Below, one piece after another: positions 10,798 to 21,289 of a stretch of DNA of 32,672 nt. Origin of the DNA: Octopus sinensis. Taxonomy: Eukaryota. The stretch covers positions 1 through 32,672 of the forward strand of contig NW_021832786.1 of the NCBI RefSeq assembly GCF_006345805.1, given 5' to 3'. The notes beneath the pieces are model-generated. The model had not been told where the DNA came from. It worked only from the letters and a program-made list of their open reading frames with translations, and did not search any database. The position numbers and the translations under genes were made by a program. Within the stretch, counting starts at the first letter, position 1, and each line of letters begins with the position of its first letter.

Positions 10798-11127
10798 TAC
10801 ATGTTGCACTATCGCTTTGCTTTGTTTTATTTTAATTTTAAAAGACACAGGGTATTTTTTCTAAGCTTATTGCTAAATTTTAACCATATATTTGTTCATG
10901 TTCTTGTATTTTCTGTGTCCCAATCACTAAGATTTAACTTATATATTTTATCTTTTGTGACAACAGTTGTCACAAAAGATAAAATATATAAGTTAAATCT
11001 TAGTGATTGGGACACAGAAAATACAAGAACATGAACAAATATATGGTTAAAATTTAGCAATAAGCTTAGAAAAAATACCCTGAGTCTTTTAAAATTAAAA
11101 TAAAACAAAGCAATAGTGCAACATGTA
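10798..11127. repeat. near-perfect 330-bp palindrome, arms 167/162 bp, 1-nt centre at 10965
   Basis: Centre GTGACAAC-A-GTTGTCAC; arms differ by one substitution and one 5-bp indel. The ORF track gives near-identical peptides on both strands. Confidence 0.95.
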
Positions 11128-11515
11128 CAATACTAAAAGGCAAAAGCAAATAAATGATTTGGTGTTCAGATATATGCCTTTGTGCAAGGAATGGTGAGAA
11201 AAAAACTGGTGTGTAAACCAAGCAAACTGAAATGAGAAAAAACGATAACAGACCAGAGCAGAAACAAGTGCCATAGAGAGAAAAGAAAGCAGGTAGAGTA
11301 GATAAAGAAAGGAAGGCAGTGGAGTTGAGAGAAGGGGGGAAGAAAGAAAAGCAAGAAAGAGAGAGAAAGGTCACAATAATCTAAAGAAAGTAGTTGTATG
11401 TTTTATGCACGCAAATAAGACTGCATGTGTCAGTATCTTAAATAAATGAAATTATGCACAAAAAATAAGAAAACATAAGAAACTGAACAAAGAAAAAAGA
11501 CCTCTCTTTCACATA

Positions 11516-11888
11516 TCTATATATATAAAAGTGAAGTTGTGTGAGTGTCTGTCTCCTATGATTTAGATTCCTAACTACTCCCACATTTTGCGGTTTAACC
11601 AAAACCGGGTATCTTATATTTGTGATTCATATCGAGCCCTTCTGGGTATTAGCGCGCGTCTACGATTTAAAAAAAAATTTACCATCATTTTTTTCCATTT
11701 TAATGCATTTTTTCGCTATTATATAAGGGAAGTAACTCTCTAAAAATGTCTACGATGAGTCAACGATTTAAAAAATAATTTACCATCATTTTTTCCCATT
11801 TTTAATGCATTTTTTGCTATAACTCTCTAAAAATGCTTATATAGTTATTTCCCTTACAAACCCGAGCAACGCCGGGCGATACTGCTAG
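11516..11888 (+). mobile_element. complete non-autonomous Helitron (373 bp)
   Basis: 5' A|TCTATATATATAAAA; 3' GC hairpin CCCGAGCAACGCCGGG (11861-76) ending 8 nt before CTAG|T; A|T target without TSD; internal ~88-bp imperfect duplication. Confidence 0.9.
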
Positions 11889-12650
11889 TATATATATCTG
11901 TGTGTGTGATAAGTATGTGTATGTATATGTGTGTTATACACACATACACATCTCTCTTTTACATCATTTTGTCAACTGTCCCTTCATTATTCCCTATCTA
12001 CCATATTTTGCTGCTGACTATCTGCCCCACTTTCTGTACTGCCAGTCATCACATCCTCTCCCTTGAGCCATTTCTTCTGATATCCATCCCTTATTCTTCT
12101 TACTGTTTCCCCACTCCAGCTACTCACCCCCAATCTTATCCGCTACATTCATTCTTACCCTGTTTCTACCCATCTTTCCATCTTTTCCCCAAGTCTTGTA
12201 ACCTAAATGTTCCTGATATTCTGTCCCCGTGCTCCCTTCAATTTACCTTCCTGCACCATGAGAGTACACTCTAGCATCTTATCACCACCATTTTTTTGGC
12301 TCCACTTCATTGACTCTCATCAACCCATGTAGAATATCGAGCAGCCCTTAATCTCATCCATAATATCAAACCTGTTCGTGACCCTTCTATCATGCTTTAA
12401 CTCTTCAGCGCCACCCATAAAAATCCACCTCCCTTTCTAATATTCTCAATTTCTGTAGGTTACAGGGTGACCTCACAGGGGCTGAAGTCACATATTGGTT
12501 GGCATTAGGAAGATCATCCAGTCATAGAAACTATGCTAAAACTGAGACACTGGAACAAAATGGAATCACCTCTTAGCCACTATTATTCCCAGGTCTATGT
12601 GGATTAATTAAGTATATTAGGGCTTGCCTAACAAAAACAAAAAAAAGGTA

Positions 12651-12894
12651 AAATTACCTTCATGAGTCACAATGACTCATAAGGGCTGGTTTCCTAGTTT
12701 CCTTTGTGTAGATATTCTCCACCTGGATAAGACATCAGTCCATCGCAGGGTTACTCAATTTTGCCAGCTGAATGGACTGGAGCAACATGAAATGAAGTGT
12801 TTTGCTCAAGAACATGTGTCACCTGGTCCAGGAATCGAAACCACAATCTTACTATCATGAGTTTAGCACCCTAACCACTCAGCCATGCACCTCC
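12651..12894 (-). mobile_element. tRNA-derived SINE family E (CTTGAGCAA...TTGCTCCAGTCCA central domain)
   Basis: A-box GGCTGAGTGGTTAG and B-box GGTTTCGATTCC on the minus strand; matches 24170-24393. Confidence 0.82.
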
Positions 12895-13891
12895 ACTATT
12901 GCCTACCTATGCACTTGCAGACTGGATATGGCAGACTATGCAGAAGAAACCTCCAAGGTTCAATAGAGTGAAAGGCAGCCACAGCGAGGCATTGTGGAGT
13001 ACAGAAAGCATGATGTGGTGAGTAAGGCATCTTGGTCATCCACTGCGTTTGTCACTGACCGCGGTCATCTTGACCTAGTCTTACCACTGGATTGAAGATA
13101 GTCACAAGTGGGAGAGTGTGATTGACACAACTCTTCTTCATTTGAAACAAAGTCAATGTGCCAGTCATCAGACATTTTTAGGGATGCTGTGAGATGGTCC
13201 TCGTCACTCTGACAGACAAACGTGGGATCTTGTCAGCCCATCCACCCCTTGCCAGCATGGAAAGTGGATATAAAATGATGTTGATGACGCTGATGATGAT
13301 GATGATGATGAGGATATTCACACACACATGTCTACATGTCCATAAGCATCAGTTAATACTTTTGATGTCAGTCACTATTTTACAACTAATTTTACTTTGC
13401 TCGTAAGTTGACACTACACATGGAAAAGATTTTTTACGTATTTTCTTATCAAATTTCGGTAGGCCTTCTGTATTTATTGCCCAAGTTACATTGTTCTGCA
13501 TCGTATTTCGTATGCTGGCCTTGGATAGGCCGCATTTTTTTTTTATTACTGTGTGGGTATAAAATATATGCTGTGCTGACAAATGTATATACACTCACAC
13601 ATATCTGCATTTAGAAGTGTAATATATATTTATGTATATCGTGTGTGTGTGTGGATATATATGTGAATATATTCATATAGACATGTATATACACACACAC
13701 ACACACACACACATACATAAGATAAAAAACATAAGTCATGCAAAATAAACTAGTAGTTTAATAAACTAGTAGTCGCCAGGTGGTGCTATTAAGTTAGACA
13801 TGGCCTGGGCCAATACTGGCCAAAACCTTTCTAAGTTATTCTAAGTTATATTATCTTTACTTTCTTGGCTGATCAAGTGTTATTCTATTAC

Positions 13892-13930
<39 letters not shown>

Positions 13931-14527
13931 ATGCAGACACACACATGCAAATATAAAGAGATAAAGATTTGATTTTGTCTTGAAACAGCATGGTTTCCCA
14001 ACAAATGATCTTCGAAATTCATACGCAGTTCCAAAGTTTATTCCCACTGCCTGCCCCTGGGGTAAAGCTCTCAGAAATGAAGATTGTGTGAAAAACCGAA
14101 ACTTTATAGTTTCTGATGTCAAACTCTTGATCTTTCTTTTTCCTTCCGTTTCTCTTTAGTCTTTCTCATTCTTTCTTTATTCGGCTTCCCCTTTCTCTCT
14201 CTCTCTCCCTCACTCATGCATACAAACACACACACAAGCTTTCTCACTTGTTTTTCTTAGATGACAGTGTACATGCAGTTTATTTTGGAACTCTGTAATT
14301 AAAATTGAAATTCCTCATTTTAAAAACCATGTTTCCAAGTTATTAAAATTCTTCACTTAAGAGTCATATCTTCAAAAATTAGTACATGGTTTCAAATACT
14401 GTTGAAGGCTGAAAATATTTCATTCTTTAAATTGTGTATATGTATAAAGTATTTAGGTTCTATGATCTATAAATTGAACTGCTAATTTTTAAGTCTTGTT
14501 TGTTTGTGTGTGTGTGTATGTATACAC

Positions 14528-14560
<33 letters not shown>

Positions 14561-14734
14561 TTATAAATACAAAATGGGACAAGAACACAAAACATCCGGA
14601 CACAAAAATGGGACAACAAAACATCCAGATAGACGATACAAAGAAAACAAGGGCGGGTCATTCGGGGTTTTCTTTCCTCAGTCGAGTACCAGATTATCTT
14701 TGCAATTTCGGCTAGACATATATATATGGTTGTG

Positions 14735-15085
14735 CATTCAGTTCCACTCTGCATGGCACCTTGGGCAAGCATCTACTTATAGCCTCGGGCCAACCAAAGT
14801 CTTGTGAGTGGATTTGGTTGACAGAAACTGAAAGAACTCCGTCATATACGTATATATATGTATGTATATATCTATGTCTTTGTGTCTGTATTTATCTCCT
14901 ACCATTGCTTGACACCAGTGTTGGTTTGTTTACATTCCAATAACTTAGCAGTGCAGTAAAAGGGATCGATAGAATAAGTGCTAGGCTTTAAAAAAATATG
15001 TCCTGAAGTTGATTTGTTTGACTAAAGCCCTTCAAGTGCTGCCGCAGCATGGGCACAGTCAAACGACTGAATCAAATAAAAGTCA
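14735..15085 (+). mobile_element. SINE family A, 5'-eroded
   Basis: GGCACCTTGGGCAAG...CTTGTGAGTGGATTTGG...AGAATAAGTGCTAGGCTT...GACTGAATCAAATAAAAG. Confidence 0.82.
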
Positions 15086-15230
15086 GAGAGAGGTGTGCGT
15101 GCGTATAAACCTGTGTAGTAGATATACAAACTTGTCGAATTTACCAATTTTACCAGAAACTAAAAGCATGAAAAACTACTTTAATCAATTTTCATTCCTT
15201 ATTGGGGTCTCATCAGTGATGAGTGGAGAG

Positions 15231-15267
<37 letters not shown>

Positions 15268-15689
15268 ACACACATTGTGTCCATTAAAAGATTGTAACTA
15301 AACAACACTTTTCAATGAATACCTGGGTTAGGCAGAGTTTGTTAAAGCAAATTTATTTTCTATGGTCAGATGTGCCCTTCCTGTCACCAATCCTCACCTG
15401 TTTTGAAACCAGGTAATATTTCTCTATGGCCAGGCATATTTTTCATTGAAGATTGGAAACAAACATCATCTTGTATGACAGTGATGCTCATTTATGACCC
15501 TCACAAGGTGTCTAGACAAGAGTTTGCACACACACACACACACACAAGCATCATTAATATGTATATGTTTTAAAACACATGTAGCTGTAGTATTTTGTGT
15601 CCGGGAAAAGTTCTTCCAAAAATGTGTAGTGTCAAAAACCGCAGTATACTTTAAAGTTAGACAAAATGAAAATGCCCCAGACATATGTA

Positions 15690-15856
15690 TACATATTACA
15701 CAACAGGCTTCTTCCAGTTTCCATCTGCCAAATTCACTAACAAAGAAGGCTTTGTCTGCATGGAGCTATAGTAGAAGACAGTTGTCCAAGGTGCCACACA
15801 TTGAGGTTGAACCTCACACCACATGATTGGGAAGCAAACTTCTTAACCACACAGCT
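15690..15856 (-). mobile_element. SINE family A, 5' half, diverged
   Basis: GCTATAGTAGAAGACAGTTGTCCAAGGTGCC...TTAACCACACAGC is the reverse complement of the family A head. Confidence 0.78.
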
Positions 15857-16606
15857 AATCTACATTTTTTTTCTTTTCCTGTTACATATAAATATGTTCC
15901 AATTTTGAATCTTATCAGGATCAATATTGCTTCACTCTTTATTTTAAAGGTTGATAAATTAAATAGCAATTAAGTGCTGCTGTATCGGAGACAACTAAAT
16001 TGATTGATCCAAGCATGACTGTCTGGCTGAGGAACTCACTTCATATCTATGTGATTTCAGGTTCAACTCCACTGCATTTCACTTTGGGTAGTCATTTTCT
16101 TTCATAGTCATGCAAGTAGAATCTGATCGACAGGCATTGTGTAGAAGTGTGGTTGAAGGACCATTCATTATTGTAATTAATCACCCATGGCTTTTGGTTA
16201 CCCGTTTGGCCTTTAGTTACCCTTTGCAGACTAAACTCTTTTAACAAACATTCAAACCAGGCCCTTGCTGTTTATCTCCTTTCACCCATTGATCTTGAGG
16301 ACCTTCCCTCAAATCTGCTGGCTGCTGGCCTTGTGCATAAATTTGAAATTATTTGAAATTATTTGGATTGACTGAATCATTAATTAAGTGTGCATTCGGT
16401 CTTTTTACAATCTGAGTTCAAGTCCTGCTGAAAACAACATATTTTTTCATCCTTCCAAGGTCAATACCATAAAATACCAGTCTACTACTTGGGTCAATTT
16501 AATTGACCCCAAATTGCTGGCCTTATCCCTAAATTAGAAATTATAATTATCTGTGAAGTTGACGAACTCATGATATTTTGTGTGTCCCCACCTCCACACA
16601 CACGTG

Positions 16607-16637
<31 letters not shown>

Positions 16638-17047
16638 CCTGACAAATGAATTCTTTTTATGCTTCCTTCCCCATTCTCTCCACATCACATGACCTCACCC
16701 TAATTGCAGTTAATTGGGGGTGGGGGAGAAAGGGGATTGTATTATAAGGATTGGGCAGGGCGGGGTGCAAAAACATTTTAATTTGTGGAACAATAGGGGG
16801 AGAAAAAAAAAGAGGCCATTGCAAATGAGAGGAGATTACCAAGAGTCTCGAGAATGAGCGAACAGAATGAACTGGAGAACCGGATTCAGAAACAGAGGTG
16901 TACTAGTCGTTATGTATAACAGCCATGACTATTACTACTACTACTACCACCACCACCACTACCACCACCACTACTACTATTATTATTACGAGATTAATTT
17001 CCAGAGTTCATTTGAAAGTAGTTTACTTAGTGCAAGCTTTTTCTTTT

Positions 17048-17560
17048 GTGTGTGTGTATACATACATATATATATATATATATGTATATACATATACATA
17101 TATATATATATATATGAATATATATATATGAATATGTATATGTCTATGTGTATGTATATGTGTATGTATATATATATGTATATGTATGTATATATATGTA
17201 TATGTATGTATATATATGTATATGTATATATATGTGTATGTATGTATATATATGTATATGTATATATATGTATATGTATATTATATATGTATGTATATAT
17301 ATATATATGTATATATATATGTATATGTATATATATATATGTATATGTATATATGTATATGTATATATATGTATATGTATATATGTTATATGTATATATA
17401 TGTATATGTATATATATATATGTATATATATGTGTATATATATGTATATATATATATGTTATATATATGTATATATATATGTGTATATATATATGTATAT
17501 ATAATATGTGTATATATATGTATATATATATATGTGTATATATATGTATATATATATATG

Positions 17561-17592
<32 letters not shown>

Positions 17593-17597
17593 TATAG
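17048..17597. repeat. ~550-bp compound (TA)n/(TATG)n microsatellite
   Basis: Direct reading; source of the YI/YM ORFs. Confidence 0.97.
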
Positions 17598-17692
17598 CTT
17601 GTGTGTATGTATGTGTAGGTTTTTTTTTCTGTGTACAAATGTTTTTGTTTTTCAGACTTGGCCATGTGTGTGTGTGTGTGTATGCACATGTG

Positions 17693-17755
17693 GGCAAGAC
17701 TTCTGCCCATCCCCCTCAAAATACCCCCTGGGCGGGGACGGGCGGAAGTCTTGCC
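17693..17755. ncRNA. GC-rich 63-nt hairpin, pre-miRNA-like; alternatively a GC-box/ETS cluster
   Basis: 22-bp stem 17693-17714 / 17734-17755 with one G-U and one mismatch; 19-nt loop. Confidence 0.35.
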
Positions 17756-17911
17756 TCGCCATTGTGAATGCGTTGACTGTGACGCTAAAAGTGAAAGTTT
17801 GGGAGTGATGTGGTGATGGGTGGGCGAAATGGGGAAAAAGGTTTATGGAAATTTTGCTTTCTAATTTTCGGTTTTAAAATGCGACAGCTTGATTCTGTCA
17901 TTTTTAGCAGT

Positions 17912-19930
17912 GGAAAGTACCTGTGCAAGTAATATATGGAATGCACCTGTGCCAAGTAACACGTGAAAAGTACCTGTGCAAGTAATATATGGAATGCACC
18001 TGTGCCAAGTAACACATGTAAAGTACCTGTGCCACGTAACACGTGGAATGCACCTGTGCCAAGTAACATGTGGAAAGTACCTGTGCCAAGTAACGTGTGG
18101 AAAGTACCTGTGCCAAGTAACGTGTAAAATGCACCTGTGCCAAGTAACGTGTAAAATGCACCTGTGCCAAGTAACACGTAGAATGCACCTGTGCCAAGTA
18201 ACACGTAGAATGCACCTGTGCCAAGTAACACATAGAATGCACCTGTGCCAAGTAACACGTGTAAAATGCACCTGTGCCAAGTAACACGTGGAATGCACCT
18301 GTGCCAAGTAACACATGGAATGCACCTATGCCAAGTAACATGTGGAATGCACCTGTGCCAAGTAACGTGTAAAATGCACCTGTGCCAAGTAACACGTGTA
18401 AAATGCACCTGTGCCAAGTAACACATGGAATGCACCTGTGCCATGTAACATATGGAATGCACCTGTGCCAAGTAACATGTGGAATGCACCTGTGCCAAGT
18501 AACACGTAGAATGCACCTGTGCCAAGTAACACGTAGAATGCACCTGTGCCAAGTAACACGTAGAATGCACCTGTGCCAAGTAACACATAGAATGCACCTG
18601 TGCCAAGTAACACGTAGAATGCACCTGTGCCAAGTACACATAGAATGCACCTGTGCCAAGTAACACGTAGAATGCACCTGTGCCAAGTAACACATAGAAT
18701 GCACCTGTGCCAAGTAACACGTAGAATGCACCTGTGCCAAGTAACACATAGAATGCACCTGTGCCAAGTAACACGTAGAATGCACCTGTGCCAAGTAACA
18801 CATAGAATGCACCTGTGCCAAGTAACACGTAGAATGCACCTGTGCCAAGTAACACATAGAATGCACACCTGTGCCAAGTAACACGTAGAATGCACCTGTG
18901 CCAAGTAACACATAGAATGCACCTGTGCCAAGTAACACGTAGAATGCACCTGTGCCAAGTAACACATAGAATGCACCTGTGCCAAGTAACACGTGTAAAA
19001 TGCACCTGTGCCAAGTAACACGTAAAATGCACCTGTGCCAAGTAACATGTGGAATGCACCTGTGCCAAGTAACACGTAGAATGCACCTGTGCCAAGTAAC
19101 ACGTAGAATGCACCTGTGCCAAGTAACACGTAGAATGTACCTGTGCCAAGTACACATAGAATGCACCTGTGCCAAGTAACACGTGGAATGCACCTGTGCC
19201 AAGTAACACGTAGAATGTACCTGTGCCAAGTAACACATAGAATGCACCTGTGCCAAGTAACACGTAGAATGTACCTGTGCCAAGTAACACGTAGAATGCA
19301 CCTATGCCAAGTAACATGTGGAATGCACCTGTGCCAAGTACACGTGTAAAATGCACCTGTGCCAAGTAACACATGGAATGCACCTGTGCCATGTAACATA
19401 TGGAATGCACCTGTGCCAAGTAACATGTGGAATGCACCTGTGCCAAGTAACACGTAGAATGCACCTGTGCCAAGTAACATGTGGAATGCACCTATGCCAA
19501 GTAACATGTGGAATGCACCTGTGCCAAGTAACGTGTAAAATGCACCTGTGCCAAGTAACACGTGTAAAATGCACCTGTGCCAAGTAACACATGGAATGCA
19601 CCTGTGCCATGTAACATATGGAATGCACCTGTGCCAAGTAACACGTGGAATGCACCTGTGCCAAGTAACACGTGGAATGCACCTGTGCCAAGTAACACGT
19701 GGAATGCACCTGTACCAAGTGACATGTGGAATGCACCTGTGCCAAGTGACACGTGGAATGCACCTGTGCCAAGTGACATGTGGAATGCACCTGTATCAAG
19801 TGACTCATGGAAAGTACTTTGCCAGTGAGACATGAAAGGCCCCTGTGCCGGCAACATGTAAAAGACATCTATGTTGGTGACACATGAAAGGCAGCTGTGC
19901 CAGCAATGTGTAAAAGACATCCATGCCGGA
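17912..19930. repeat. 27-bp minisatellite, ~70 copies plus degenerate 3' units
   Basis: Unit GAATGCACCTGTGCCAAGTAACACGTA with variants; 9-aa periodicity (MHLCQVTRR) in the ORF track. Confidence 0.97.
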
Positions 19931-20212
19931 TGTCTTTTAGAATGGTATTGTAGAGTAGGTGTGATGGGCTGGATCTGGTCAGTTGTAATATAAAGAAACC
20001 CAGTACACTTTGTGGAGTGGTTGGCATCAGGAAAGGCATCCAAACAATATTGACTGGAGCCAGGTGCAGATTGGAGAGTGGTTGTGAAATGATGGTGATG
20101 GTGATAACCACTAGCACCACCCTGTTTTATATCAATCTCTTCTAGCCCCCACCTATACCAATATCTTAACCTTTTAGCATTCAGATTCTTCTATCAAATG
20201 TATTTTACTTAC

Positions 20213-20314
20213 ATTATTTACATTTGACGGATATTTGTCCTCATCTTGTTTGTTGTTGTGGTTAAGAGCACATGCTGCTAACTCCAAGATTCTGAGTTCG
20301 ATTCCAGGCAGTGA

Positions 20315-20361
<47 letters not shown>

Positions 20362-20535
20362 TCGAAAAATACCTTAGGAATGAGAACCCAGTTTCGAAAT
20401 TTCTCCAAGACACCTGATGAAGGCTGGAGGGTGTATCAGCTGAAATATTGTGTTAACAACAAACGGCAAGATGAGGACAAATATCCGTCAACTGTAAATA
20501 ATGTGCATAATTCCTCATCTCTTAAATATAGAACT
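20213..20535 (+). mobile_element. tRNA-headed short retroelement with hammerhead ribozyme and inverted 3' copy (Penelope-type non-autonomous element)
   Basis: 14-bp TSD TGTATTTTACTTAC (20199-20212, 20536-20549); inverted repeat 20211-20257 / 20455-20504; partial A-box GTGGTTAAG and B-box GAGTTCGATTCC; (AAT)n; hammerhead at 20409-20454. Confidence 0.8.
20409..20454 (+). ncRNA. minimal type I hammerhead ribozyme motif
   Basis: Helix I GACAC/GTGTT; core CTGATGA 20414-20; helix II GGCTG/CAGCT; GAAA 20442-45; palindromic ATAT helix III; predicted cut after ATT (20449). Confidence 0.78.
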
Positions 20536-20612
20536 TGTATTTTACTTACTCTCATTGTTTTGAATTAATCCTGTATTATTTCATGACTTCAGGATCTCCA
20601 TGATGCCATCAG

Positions 20613-21085
20613 CCATCGTCATCAATGTTTAACATCCATTTTCCATGCTGGCATGGTTTGGACAGCTTGACAGGACCTGGCATGGCCAGGGGCTGCATCC
20701 GGTTCCATTATCTGTTTTGACTTCGTTTTTGTGGCTGGCTGCCCTTCCTAGTGCCAACCACTTTACTGAGTGTAGTGGGTGCTTTTTACATGTCACCATC
20801 ACCAGCATCATCATCATCATTTAACGTCCGCTTTCCATGCTAGCATGGGTTGGATGATTTGACTGAGGTCTGGCGAACCAGACTCCAATCTGATCTGGCA
20901 GAGTTTCTACAGCTGGATGCCCTTCCTAATGCCAACCACTCTGAGAGTGTAGTGGGTGCTTTTACGTGCCACCGACATGAGGGCCAGTTTGGTGGTACTG
21001 GCAACGGCCACGCCCAAATGGTGCTTGTTACGTGCCACCTGCACAGGAGCCAGTCCAGCGGCACTGGCAACGACCTCGCTCGAAT
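20613..21085 (-). mobile_element. two head-to-tail RTE 3' end fragments
   Basis: Each begins on the plus strand with (CAT)n-TTTAAC(A/G)TCC...CCATGCT and contains GCCCTTCCTA...GCCAACCACT...GTGTAGTGGGTGCTTTT (20613-20805, 20806-21085). Confidence 0.88.
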
Positions 21086-21289
21086 ATTTCACATGCTACC
21101 AGCACAAGTGCTGGTAAGGTGAAGCATGTGATTGTATATTTTTAGAATGGCATTGTAGGGTAGGTGTGATGGGCTGGATCTGGTCAGTTCTAATATAAAC
21201 AGGAAGAATATTTTGGCTGGATATGGCCAGTTTAAATGCTAAGGGTTAAAGCCATCATATTCACCACCACCACCACACTCTGGCGCTCC

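Larger units (their letters stand above)
20170..21245 (+). mobile_element. piggyBac-like MITE split by nested retroelements
   Basis: TTAA|CCTTTTAGCATT at 20166-20181 and AATGCTAAGGG|TTAA at 21235-21249. Interior pieces 20170-20212, 20536-20612 and 21125-21245 reconstitute the 1609-1825 element. Confidence 0.8.

Noticed and set aside
10801-11108. Same peptide encoded on both strands
   Set aside because: A trivial consequence of the palindrome, not evidence of coding.
11900-12460. Pyrimidine-rich unique-looking stretch with a 124-aa ORF
   Set aside because: No recognisable motif in any frame examined; probably old retroelement or low-complexity sequence, unsupported as a gene.
13744-13800. 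Duplicated AATAAACTAGTAGT resembling a minus-strand Helitron CTAG end
   Set aside because: The hairpin is weak and no matching 5' TC terminus was found.
16867-17808. 313-aa ORF and overlapping YI/YM ORFs
   Set aside because: Translation of a (TA)/(TATG) microsatellite.
17912-19930. CRISPR-like array
   Set aside because: Units abut directly with no unique spacers, there are no cas genes, and the context is eukaryotic.
17785-20043. Long ORFs (up to 568 aa) rich in His/Cys/Tyr
   Set aside because: They arise because the 27-bp unit is a multiple of 3 and stop-free in several frames; there are no unique domains or splice context.
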